Shown in pieces: positions 52,681 through 64,000 of a DNA stretch of 64,000 bases. Each line of letters begins with the position of its first letter. Within the stretch, counting starts at the first letter, position 1. The stretch lies in assembly GCA_964016885.1 (NCBI GenBank), contig OZ024756.1, positions 13,144,001 to 13,208,000 of the forward strand, read 5' to 3'. Below the pieces are notes generated by a model. It did not search any database and was not told the DNA's origin. It worked only from the letters and a program-made list of their open reading frames with translations. A program made the position numbers and the translations under genes. Source of the stretch: Eledone cirrhosa. Taxonomy: Eukaryota.

Positions 52681-54505
52681 TAATTCCTGTCGCTTATTTA
52701 ATAGGATATCCTTAGATTTCATTATTTCAAATAGTTCTTGGGAACACAATCTACATTCATTTCTATTATTTTGATAAGGGGTGGCTCTTTTGAGCACACT
52801 CCAGGTCATATCATATTCTATATTCTTATTTCTATAACTATTAATTTTTTCTGCTAGAGATGTTGTATTAGCCAGTGCGGCATTTTTAAAACTATGTTTG
52901 TGGGTATTAAACCTTACCTTAAAATTGTTAGAAGTAGCTCCTATATATGAGCAAATAGAATCTTTAGTTTTAACTTTACATTTATAAACTATGTTGTTAA
53001 CAAGACATTTATAAACTATGTTGTTAATGGGCAGTTTGCTTTGTTTCTACAGTTACAACCTTTCGTTAATTCTGTATTTGAGGAGATATTATGGTTAGTT
53101 TGATGTATTGGTGGTATACTTATGGTTTTTTTTACATTTATATGCATTATAGGCACTTATATTTTGTTTTATGTTTTTGGTTGTTGAGTATGAGAATTTA
53201 ACTGTTGATCTATTTAAGATTTGATGGTATTTGTGGTTTGGCGGGAAGTTTTTCTCTAGGATATTAAAAAATTTTTTAGCAATATTATCCTTAATTTGTA
53301 AATTAAATGGAGCATTATACCAAGTAACTCGTCTATTACGGTTTCTATGTTGTTTATTGTTTTTATAGGATGCATCGTGATGTTTACTAGGAGGATTAAT
53401 GTTAATGACCTCACCACGCACATTTTTAGTTAGATTTATTGATTTAAGTGTTTTATCTTGTTTATTAGGAGTTTTATTATTAACATTTATTAGAGTTGTA
53501 TGATGAGTAGTTTTTTGAGAGTTACTATACTTTATATTAGAGGAGTTAGAGAAAATTGGTTTTATGTTGGTATTTTGGGGTATAGTGTGAGTGGCATTTA
53601 GGTGTGTACTTTTCATTTGGTGTTTGTTGGTAATATTAGGTTGTATGTTTATAGTGTTATTAGTAGAAGGTATATATTCCAATCTATTTTTGTGGCCACT
53701 TCTATCTAGAGCTTCGTTATAGAAGGTCGCATTTTTATCAAATACATCTTGGTTAGACGAAAGGTTAGAAATTCTAAGTGATATATTATATGCAAGGTTT
53801 TTAAGGATAGATTTAGGGTGATTAGATTGTGAGTGTATGTAGTGTAAGTTTTGGTTGGGTTTATGGTAAGGTTGGTAGATACCCGTAGCTAAGTCTAAAG
53901 TTATATCTAGGAAATTAACTACTTTACTTGTGTTTTCAAAAGTAATATGAAGACTATAATAGTCTTTAAGGAAAGTTCTAATAAGCTTTTTGTTTTTTTC
54001 TATTTCTGAGAGGCTAAGGTTGTTGGAAAGAAGAAGACAGTCATCACGATATAAACCACCTTTAAGGTGGGGAAAGGAAGCATTTATGTTAAAAAGAAGA
54101 AAGAGGCCCACAAGATCAGTAATTTGGGCAGAATCGCTTGAACCCATAGTAATATCAAATAGATTACTATATGTGTTTCTGGTCCAGTATTCATTCTGAA
54201 ATTCAATAAGTGTTAGTCTAGCATGTGTAATAATATTAATGTCATCCAAAGTTAAGTTAGATCTATTTTTAGCAAATATCAAAGCTTTGTTCAGGAGTAT
54301 AGGTGATATAGAAGAATAGTAATTATCTATATCAAATTGTAGAAATGAAGCAGAAGATTTACATCTAATATTTTTAAACCAGTTAATTACCTGGGAAGTG
54401 TTTTCCCAGAGTGGTAAATTAACATGTTTTCTTATTTGTGGGATGACTCTATCCAAAATTTTTTTGCTAATTATTCCAATATCAGATTTGGAGGGACATA
54501 TAAGT

Positions 54506-54506
<1 letters not shown>
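52624..54506 (-). pseudogene. PLE reverse transcriptase plus GIY-YIG endonuclease ORF, frameshifted
   Basis: RLICPSKSDIG, QFDIDNYYSSI, GSSDSAQITDLVG, GLYRDD, FLDITL, SNHP, VTWYNAPF; then CNCRNKANCPL..CLVNNIVYKC..SYIGATSNNFKVRFNTHKHSF..CRLCSQE..LLNKRQE..CNH; frameshifts at about 53100-53130 and 53010. Confidence 0.9.
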
Positions 54507-54565
<59 letters not shown>

Positions 54566-54568
<3 letters not shown>

Positions 54569-55005
54569 TCATCATCATTTTACGTCCGCTTTTCCCTGCT
54601 TGCAAGGGTGGGACGGGTCTTATTCAGCACAGCATCTCTCCACTCGTCACGGTCTCTCGTCATCTCCACCGTGAGCTTCAATGATCTGAGGTCTGTTCTC
54701 ACCACCTCCGTCCATGTTTTTCGTGGTCTACCTCTACCACGTCTTCCTTCAACTGGCAATTCCTGGCACTTCTTCACCCATCGGTCATCCTCCATGCGCA
54801 TCACATGTCCATACCACCTCAGTCTCCTCTCCCATACACTACATTCTATCCCTCTCAGACACAGTTTCTCTCTCAACACATTTATGCTGGGTCGTTCACG
54901 CACATTTACACTGCACATCCAACGGAGCATGCTTGCCTCATTTCTCTCCAGCCGTCGCATATCCTCTGCAGTTGCTGCCCATGTCTCACTACCATGCAGC
55001 ATTGC
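54566..55005 (-). mobile_element. 5'-truncated RTE LINE with intact reading frame
   Basis: AMLHGSETW...RRLRWYGHVMRM...GRRGRGRPRKTW; (GAT)n tail; inserted at (TA)n. Confidence 0.93.
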
Positions 55006-55393
55006 GCATGGTAGTGAGACATATATCAAATATATATATATTTGATAAAATATAAAAGAAGAAAACTTAAAAAAAAATGTTTAAGCCTTGTTTCCTTGGT
55101 CTGATCTGATGATCAGCTCCTTTCTTCAGCCAGGAGTTGTGACCAGTAGTTAGTATCAGCAATGGAAAAACCAATAGAAACATTGTTTCCTTGGTACAAT
55201 CTAACAATTCACTACATTCTTTTATATCGATAAAAAGGCGCAAATTTAGAGAATGGAAGGTGACCGACTGATTCCATCCAACATTACAATAAGAATACTT
55301 TCGGACAGTGACACATCTTGCCCAATGACAAAAATAAGACATTATATGAGATAATTGAATATGATGAAGTTTTACGTGCATTTGGATAAGATG

Positions 55394-55517
<124 letters not shown>

Positions 55518-55779
55518 GGGGGGGGGGTTATTCTGTATAAGAAATGACTAAGTCATTACATCCCTTTCAGCACGCTACAAAAGTAAAATTATATACCCTA
55601 CACCGTTAAATTGCTGACAAAACTCTTTCTCTCTCTCTCTCACACACACATAAACATAGACACATATACAGACACACTCACTCACATGCACATAGACACA
55701 CACATACACTGTCAGACACACACAGTTACACACACATACACTGACACACAGAGATCCCCCCCACACACACAGACACTCA

Positions 55780-56581
55780 CACATACACAGATACACACAT
55801 AGACACTCAATCACACACGTATACACATACACACACGTAGACACCCAATCACACACGTATACACATTCACACACATATACACACAATCCCACACGCATAC
55901 ACATACACACACGTAGGCACTCAATCACACACGTATACGCATACACACACATAGACACTCAATCACACACGTATACGCATACACACACATAGACACTCAA
56001 TCACACACACACACACATAGACACTCAATCACACACGTATACACATACACACACATAGACACTCAATCACACACGTATACACATACACACACAGACACAC
56101 AATCACACACGTATACACATACACACACGTAGACACTCAATCACACACGTATACACACATAGACACTCAATCACACACATATACACATACACACACGTAG
56201 ACACTCAATCACACACGTATACACATTCACACACATATACACACAATCACACACGTATACACGTATACACACATAGACACTCAATCACACACGTATACAC
56301 ATACACACACATAGACACTCAATCACACACACGTATACACATACACACACATAGACACTCAATCACACACACGTATACACATTCACACACGTAGATACTC
56401 AATCACACACGTATACACATACACACACATAGACACATACACACACAATCACACACGTATACACATACACATACATAGACACATACACACATATAGACAC
56501 ACAATCACACACGTATACGCATACACACACGTAGACACTCAATCACACACGTATACACATTCACACACGTAGACACTCAAT

Positions 56582-56590
<9 letters not shown>
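55780..56590. repeat. CA-rich minisatellite (ACATAGACACTCAATCACACACGTATACAC...)
   Basis: Direct reading. Confidence 0.88.
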
Positions 56591-56663
<73 letters not shown>

Positions 56664-57687
56664 TATATAACCCCTCTCACACACACCCCAACACAGACCC
56701 CCCCACACACACACATACACCCCTCCCCCAATTACCTTTAGATGTTTTATTATCGTCTGCTAACAAGAAGCTCCTAATGACGTGCTCACATTTGATTGGT
56801 CAATTTGTTATTTTTTTGTTTTCAACCAAACAAATGACTCCGTCTTTCCTCATCATTATCCGATCTCTTCTGCTTATTTTTCTCCAGATTTTTATGGCCT
56901 GTGTGTGTGTGTATGTGTGTGTGTGTCTCTGTGTGTGCTCGTGTGTGTTTGTGTATGTGTGTGTGTTCATGTGTGTGTGTGTGTGTATGTGTTCATGTGT
57001 GTGTGTGTATGTGTATGTGTATATGTGTGTGTGTGTTCGTGTGTCTGTGTGTATGTGTGTGTGTGTGTATGTGTGTGTGTGTTCGAGTGTGTGTGTGTGT
57101 GTGTGCGTGCGTGCGTGCAAAAGTACGCGTTTGTATGTGATTGCGTTTGTGTTTGTATTTGTGTATAAGCGTGCGCATAGAAAGTTTACTACATTACTGT
57201 TGACCAGTACCAGCTATGGAAACACATTTTTTTTTATTTAAAAGGAATTAACATATGTGGGGTTGGTCAACTCAGTATAAATGATGCCGTATTTAGGTGT
57301 GAATATGATAGACTGTTGGTAAAGTCGTTAAACACTGCACACAGGTATACCTAATGCAAGGGGGCACGTACGGTGCGAATTTGAAGGCCTAGAAAAATAA
57401 TGTAAATTTGGATCGAACTTGTATGTTCATATGATTAATTATCTAAGAAGTTATTCGGGTTTAGGCAGCAGGTTCATAAGATTACTTAAACCTGGTCAGG
57501 CCAAGAAGAAGAATATAGTAGGGTGGGCCCCATTCGATAGGTGCTGTGCAACTTCCTGGTGGGAAAACAGTGAGTAGATGATGGTGTTATTCCACGTTGT
57601 ATAAAGGTAAGCCTACCGCAGGCAGGTCAGGCTCGGGTGCGGTGTTGAGAGCCTCAGGTATTATAGTGGTTATTCAGTTGTTGGGGT

Positions 57688-58110
57688 TCATCTGTAGAAT
57701 GATTGTTGTTGTCGGTGGCCGCAATTGATGACTGTTTCGGCCCGACTATTTATGAGCTCCTGGGGTGCTTACACTATATAATACAGTTCCATTAGGCAGA
57801 GCTGGCAGCCTTTTTTGAAATTATAAGGTGTTGCTTGGTTCACAATTTCCCATTTTGTGGTATAATCAGTTAATTGGGTAATATAATTAGCGAGGGATGT
57901 AGATAATCTAAGTTTCCTATTCCTAAAAGAGTGGTGATGCGGTCGAAATCTAGTCTTGAACTCCCCTGAAGTAGCTCTTATGTACGACTTAACACTATTA
58001 AAACTAGTAACGGTGCATTTATAGATTACGTTTCTAGTTAAGCAGTAGCCTCGGAGTGGACAGTTGACAGGGTTACGACAATTGCAGTGTTTTTTTGTTG
58101 CCACCTCTAA
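57688..58110 (-). pseudogene. Second PLE (Naiad-like) GIY-YIG endonuclease fragment
   Basis: CNCRNPVNCPLRGYCLTRNVIYKC..SYIRATSGEFKTRF..HHHSF..CQLCLMEL; after a premature TAA (57769) it continues ELINSRAETVINCGH. Confidence 0.88.
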
Positions 58111-58166
58111 GGTGGTGAAGGCTGGTGTTAATCCTATTACTATTATTATCACCATCACCGTAGCTG

Positions 58167-58226
58167 CCAAGTATCGAGCACTCTGGTGAGTAATGGTCTA
58201 AATGGTTTTTACTGCATCCATTCTGA
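58167..58226 (+). mobile_element. PLE terminal family X segment, inverted relative to the adjacent endonuclease fragment
   Basis: 55 of 60 nt identical by eye to the 31973-32032 region; ends at TA repeats. Confidence 0.75.
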
Positions 58227-58253
58227 TATATATATATTATATATATATATACG

Positions 58254-58381
58254 AATGAATATATTATAAACACTAATACAAGTATATAAGTGTTTGCATT
58301 GCAAATGACCAATCTAGCTAACTTGGTCATTTGCAATACAAACACTTATATACTTGTATTAGTGTTTATAATATATTCATT
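58254..58381. repeat. Near-perfect hairpin (about 57-bp arms) between TA tracts
   Basis: AATGAATATATTATAAACACTAATACAAG...GACCAA / TTGGTC...CTTGTATTAGTGTTTATAATATATTCATT. Confidence 0.9.
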
Positions 58382-58455
58382 TGTATTACACGGCTCAGAA
58401 ATATCTTTTTCTTTGAGCTATTTAATTGTAAAAGACTGTTTGAGTTTATAACTCT

Positions 58456-58541
<86 letters not shown>

Positions 58542-58912
58542 CACATATCTACATATACAAAGGAAGACACACAAAAAAACAACAAACAATACGTATGTAC
58601 ATATATAAATATTTATATATGTGTACGCATATATAAATATATAAATATCTCAGCCTAATTAAATGGGATATAATCCAGACAATCTCGCGAGATTATAAAA
58701 TTTTATATTATTCTCTAGCTCGCCAAGAATCAGAAATAATCATTTGTTTGTTTATATGTATGTATGTTTCTCTTTCTCTTAATTTCGAGTACATTTTTGA
58801 CCGGCCACCTTCCTGGTGGCAAGGTTTAAAAGAGAATAAATGGTCATCCCTTGAATCGCAAGAATGTTTTGCAAATTTTGAAGGTGCCAACTATCGCAGC
58901 CATTTGTAGTCT

Positions 58913-59828
58913 ATGAATCAGGGAGCTGCGCTCTTTGTCCACAAATCCAAGTTCAGTTATACTGAACTTGGATTTGTGATCTGTGAAGTTGACTTAGATA
59001 CACTCCATAGGCAAGGGCCCGGCTACTGGAAGCTGAACGCGTCGTTCCCGGTGCGCAAAGCTTACAGAGACCGGATTAGCGAATTAGTTAAGCGTACGTT
59101 GACGGGTGCGATCGTCAACAACAGATGGTGGTTTACCCTGAAAAGGGCTATTAGAGTAGAATCGATAAGGTTTAGCAAAGGAGTAGTGATAGAGGAAAAT
59201 AGAGTAGAGGGAGAGCTAGTTAGAAAGCTAGAAGAGGCGTTTAGGACAGGCATCGCAACCGACGTGCTTGCCGCGAGATTGGCACTCGACCAATTCTTCA
59301 ACGCAAACCACGAAGGCTGCGTTGCCAGAGCTAGAGTGTGTGCTCTGAGACACGAGGGGACGAAAGCCGTTCAATGGGCCCGGGTGGTAGAGGCGCGACA
59401 TGGCAACAAATCCACAATTCGGTCTTTGCCTGATCAAAACGGGTGCATGTTGCTCGAACCCGAGCAGATGTGTGCGGCTTTTCAACAGCACTTTGCTCAA
59501 TTGTTCGGGAACGGCGGCGGGCCGGATCGGTGTATGGCCTTCGGTGCATACCTCGACGGACTGCCGCGGCTCTCGACGACCGCAGCGCAGTGCTGCGAAA
59601 GGCCGATAACATCAGGTGAAATACGGGAAGCGATATCTGACTGCACGAGGAGTAAATCGCCAGGTTTGGATGGTCTGCCCTAAGAGCTTGATGCGTATAT
59701 GCCAGACTTGTTCGGTGACCTCTTGGCAGATGTCTACTGCAACTGGCAACAGAACGGGAGCATTCCCAGTTTTGTGAGCCGGGGAGCGGTGGCGCTGCTG
59801 AGAAAAGACCCGAACAAGGGGGACAACA
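58913..59828 (+). mobile_element. Internal fragment of a Tx1/L1-type LINE ORF2 (endonuclease end to RT start)
   Basis: GPGYWKLNASF and KSPGLDGLP; after a TAA it continues ..LADVYCNWQQNGSIPSFVSRGAVALLRK; GC-rich relative to flanks. Confidence 0.85.
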
Positions 59829-59969
59829 CATTTCTACAGCTGAGTTGAACTGGAGCAACGGGAAATAAAGTGTCTGGCCCAAGGATACAACACATCACCC
59901 AGTTTGAGAATTGAATTTACAACCTCCCAATTGCAAGCCCAATGCTCTAATCATTAAGCCATGCGCCTT

Positions 59970-59971
<2 letters not shown>
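59829..59971 (-). mobile_element. SINE family B head
   Basis: Reverse complement of GAAGGCGCATGGCTTA...CTCAGCTGTAGAAATG. Confidence 0.8.
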
Positions 59972-60035
<64 letters not shown>

Positions 60036-60211
60036 CCTATCATTTATTCCTTTGGCATCGTCTGCAGTTTAGGCTCTGAGGCTTGGCAAAGAACATCGCC
60101 TCCTCAAAGGGTAACTCACACACATATACACCCACACAGACACACACATATATATACATACATACACATATATAGACACACACACACATATATATATATG
60201 CATAGATACAT

Positions 60212-60266
<55 letters not shown>

Positions 60267-60315
60267 TATATATATGCATACATACATACACATACACACA
60301 CACACTCACACACAC

Positions 60316-60350
<35 letters not shown>

Positions 60351-60635
60351 TACATATGCAGACACACATACACACATCCTCTCCGGCCTTCAGGTTAGTT
60401 CCACTGATACTAAGCCAATGGTGTTTACATAGCCAATAACGAAATATCACTTCAACGCTTCTCTATATATGATTGATGGTGTTCCGTGTCGTTGTTGTTG
60501 TAGTTGTTGTTGTCGTCCCTGATGATGTTATGTCTTACGTTTGCCAACAGACCAGCCTTAACCTTTAATTCACTCTCAACATATTCAACACTATAATTTA
60601 ATCTACATTATAGGAGTCGATATGAGTGGCATACA

Positions 60636-60636
60636 G

Positions 60637-60679
<43 letters not shown>

Positions 60680-60697
60680 CGCTGTTGTTGTTGCTGT

Positions 60698-60734
<37 letters not shown>

Positions 60735-60745
60735 ACTGCTGCTGT

Positions 60746-60807
<62 letters not shown>

Positions 60808-60948
60808 TTGTTGTTGTTGTTGTTGTTGTCGTTGTCGTTGTCGTTGTCGTCGTTGTTGTTGCTGCTGCTGCTGCTGCTGGTGGTGTTGTTGTTGTTGTTG
60901 TTGTTTCTGTTGTTGTTATTGCTGTTGCTGCTGCTGCTGCTGTTGTTG
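60636..60948. repeat. (TTG/CTG)n trinucleotide repeat
   Basis: Direct reading. Confidence 0.95.
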
Positions 60949-61175
60949 AGGTCGGTCGTTACTCTGATGATCAGATAATGAGATGATCAGAAATGTCCCA
61001 ACCATGACCACTCCCCCTTTACAGAGGTTCTCAAATTGGGCGATACTGCCCCCCACTCCGGGGGTCATTGAAAAGGACCATGGAGGAGGGGGGTCTCATC
61101 ACAGTCAAGGCTGTTGCATGATCTCTCTACCGAGTTAGAGTAAGTTTTTTGTTGTTGAAGTAGACTGCACACTGA

Positions 61176-64000
61176 ACTGTACACCATCAGGTACCTCACA
61201 CCTACCTATACACCATCAGGTACATCACACCTACCTGTACACCATCAGGTACATCACACCTACCTGTACACCATCAGGTACATCACACCTATCTGTACAC
61301 TATCAGGTACCTCACACCTACCTATACACCATCAGGTACATCACACCTACCTGTACACCATCAGGTACATCACACCTACCTGTACACCATCAGGTACCTC
61401 ACACCTACCTGGACACCATCAGGTACATCACACCTACCTGTACACCATCAGGTACCTCACACCTACCTGTACACCATCAGGTACATCACACCTACCTGTA
61501 CACCATCAGGTACCTCACACCTACCTGTACACCATCAGGTACATCACACCTACCTGTACACCATCAGGTACCTCACACCTACCTGTACACCATCAGGTAC
61601 CTCACACCTACCTGTACACCATCAGGTACATCACCTACCTGTACACCATCAGGTACCTCACACCTACCTGTACACCATCAGGTACATCACCTACCTGTAC
61701 ACCATCAGGTACCTCACACCTACCTGTACACCATCAGGTACATCACACCTACCTGTACACCATCAGGTACCTCACACCTACCTGTACACCATCAGGTACC
61801 TCACACCTACCTGTACACCATCAGGTACATCACACCTACCTGTACACCATCAGGTACCTCACATCTACCTGTACACCATCAGGTACCTCACACCTACCTA
61901 TACACCATCAGGTACATCACACCTACCTGTACACCATCAGGTACATCACACCTACCTATACACCATCAGGTACATCACACCTACCTGTACACCATCAGGT
62001 ACCTCACACCTACCTATACACCATCAGGTACATCACACCTACCTGTACACCATCAGGTACCTCACACCTACCTGTACACTATCAGGTACATCACCTACCT
62101 GTACACCATCAGGTACCTCACACCTACCTGTACACCATCAGGTACATCACACCTACCTGTACACCATCAGGTACCTCACATCTACCTGTACACCATCAGG
62201 TACCTCACACCTACCTATACACCATCAGGTACATCACACCTACCTATACACCATCAGGTACATCACACCTACCTGTACACCATCAGGTACCTCACACCTA
62301 CCTATACACCATCAGGTACATCACACCTACCTGTACACCATCAGGTACCTCACACCTACCTGTACACTATCAGGTACATCACCTACCTGTACACCATCAG
62401 GTACCTCACACCTACCTATACACCATCAGGTACATCACACCTACCTGTGCACCATCAGGTACCTCACACCTACCTATACACCATCAGGTACTTCACACCT
62501 ACCTGTACACGATCAGGTACCTCACACCTACCTATACACCATCAGGTACATCACACCTACCTGTACACCATCAGGTACCTCACACCTACCTGTACACCAT
62601 CAGGTACATCACACCTACCTGTACACCATCAGGTACCTCACATCTACCTGTACACCATCAGGTACCTCACACCTACCTATACACCATCAGGTACATCACA
62701 CCTACCTATACACCATCAGGTACATCACACCTACCTGTACACCATCAGGTACCTCACACCTACCTATACACCATCAGGTACATCACACCTACCTGTACAC
62801 CATCAGGTACCTCACACCTACCTGTACACTATCAGGTACATCACCTACCTGTACACCATCAGGTACCTCACACCTACCTGTACACCATCAGGTACATCAC
62901 ACCTACCTGTACATCATCAGGTACCTCACATCTACCTGTACACCACCAGGTACCTCACACCTACCTATACACCATCAGGTACATCACACCTACCTGTACA
63001 CCATCAGGTACCTCACACCTACCTGTACACCATCAGGTACATCACACCTACCTGTACACCATCAGGTACCTCACATCTACCTGTACACCATCAGGTACCT
63101 CACACCTACCTATACACCATCAGGTACATCACACCTACCTGTACACCATCAGGTACATCACACCTACCTATACACCATCAGGTACATCACACCTACCTGT
63201 ACACCATCAGGTACCTCACACCTACCTATACACCATCAGGTACATCACACCTACCTGTACACCATCAGGTACCTCACACCTACCTGTACACTATCAGGTA
63301 CATCACCTACCTGTACACCATCAGGTACCTCACACCTACCTGTACACCATCAGGTACATCACACCTACCTGTACACCATCAGGTACCTCACACCTACCTG
63401 TACACCATCAGGTACATCACACCTACCTGTACACCATCAGGTACCTCACACCTACCTGTACACCATCAGGTACATCACACCTACCTGTACACCATCAGGT
63501 ACCTCACATCTACCTGTACACCATCAGGTACCTCACACCTACATATACACTATCAGGTACATCACACCTACCTGTACACCATCAGGTACCTCACACCTAC
63601 CTGTACACCATCAGGTACATCACACCTACCTGTACATCATCAGGTACCTCACACCTACCTGTACACCATCAGGTACCTCACACCTACCTGTACATCATCA
63701 GGTACCTCACACCTACCTGTACACCATCAGGTACCTCACACCTACCTGTACACCATCAGGTACCTCACACCTACCTGTACACCATCAGGTACCTCACACC
63801 TACCTATACATCATCAGGTACCTCACACCTACCTGTACACCATCAGGTACCTCACACCTACCTATACACCATCAGGTACCTCACACCTACCTATACACCA
63901 TCAGGTACATCACACCTACCTGTACACCATCAGGTACCTCACACCTACCTGTACACCATCAGATACCTCACACCTACCTGTACACCATCAGGTACATCAC
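61176..64000. repeat. 29-bp satellite (TACCTGTACACCATCAGGTAC[A/C]TCACACC)n, running off the window end
   Basis: Period of 29 read directly; A and C variants often alternate. Confidence 0.97.

Larger units (their letters stand above)
49924..54506 (-). mobile_element. 5'-truncated Penelope-like retroelement (Naiad-like) between (TA)n tracts
   Basis: RT, C-terminal GIY-YIG domain, long 3' region, hammerhead and terminal TTGAGTTCTTC motif all on -; (TA)n at 49885-49923 and 54507-54565. The 3' boundary is inferred. Confidence 0.75.

Noticed and set aside
60622-60978. Poly-Leu/poly-Cys ORFs, or poly-Gln on -
   Set aside because: Trinucleotide microsatellite with no flanking coding context
60960-61010. 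CTGATGA...GAAA motif
   Set aside because: No stem I or stem III pairing; more likely a SINE remnant
61021-61100. hAT-like MITE end (CAGAGGTTCTCAAA)
   Set aside because: No matching opposite terminus or TSD found

Overview
AT-rich, microsatellite-laden eukaryotic DNA, most consistent with an octopus or other cephalopod genome (inferred from SINE types and repeat style, not proven). The only host gene is the 3' part of SRPRA (signal recognition particle receptor alpha): six exons on + between 7408 and 15447, with canonical GT-AG junctions and consistent phases. The very long ORFs in the track are translations of satellites. The rest is satellites (1-6272, 20.4-23.5 kb, 38.6-48.8 kb, 61.2-64 kb), tRNA-derived SINEs, RTE and Tx1/L1-type LINE fragments, TTAA-flanked piggyBac-like MITEs, and Penelope-like retroelements (PLEs) resembling the Naiad clade. 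The most interesting signal is a dense population of small fold-back (hairpin) elements at (TA)n tracts. These carry type-I hammerhead ribozyme motifs (about 8 with a recognisable core, with differing but mostly self-complementary stem-III loops) and often a shared GAGYRCT(C) terminal motif. They are physically linked to the PLE coding fragments at 49.9-54.5 kb and 57.7-58.2 kb. All structures were read by eye; none was computationally folded or searched.
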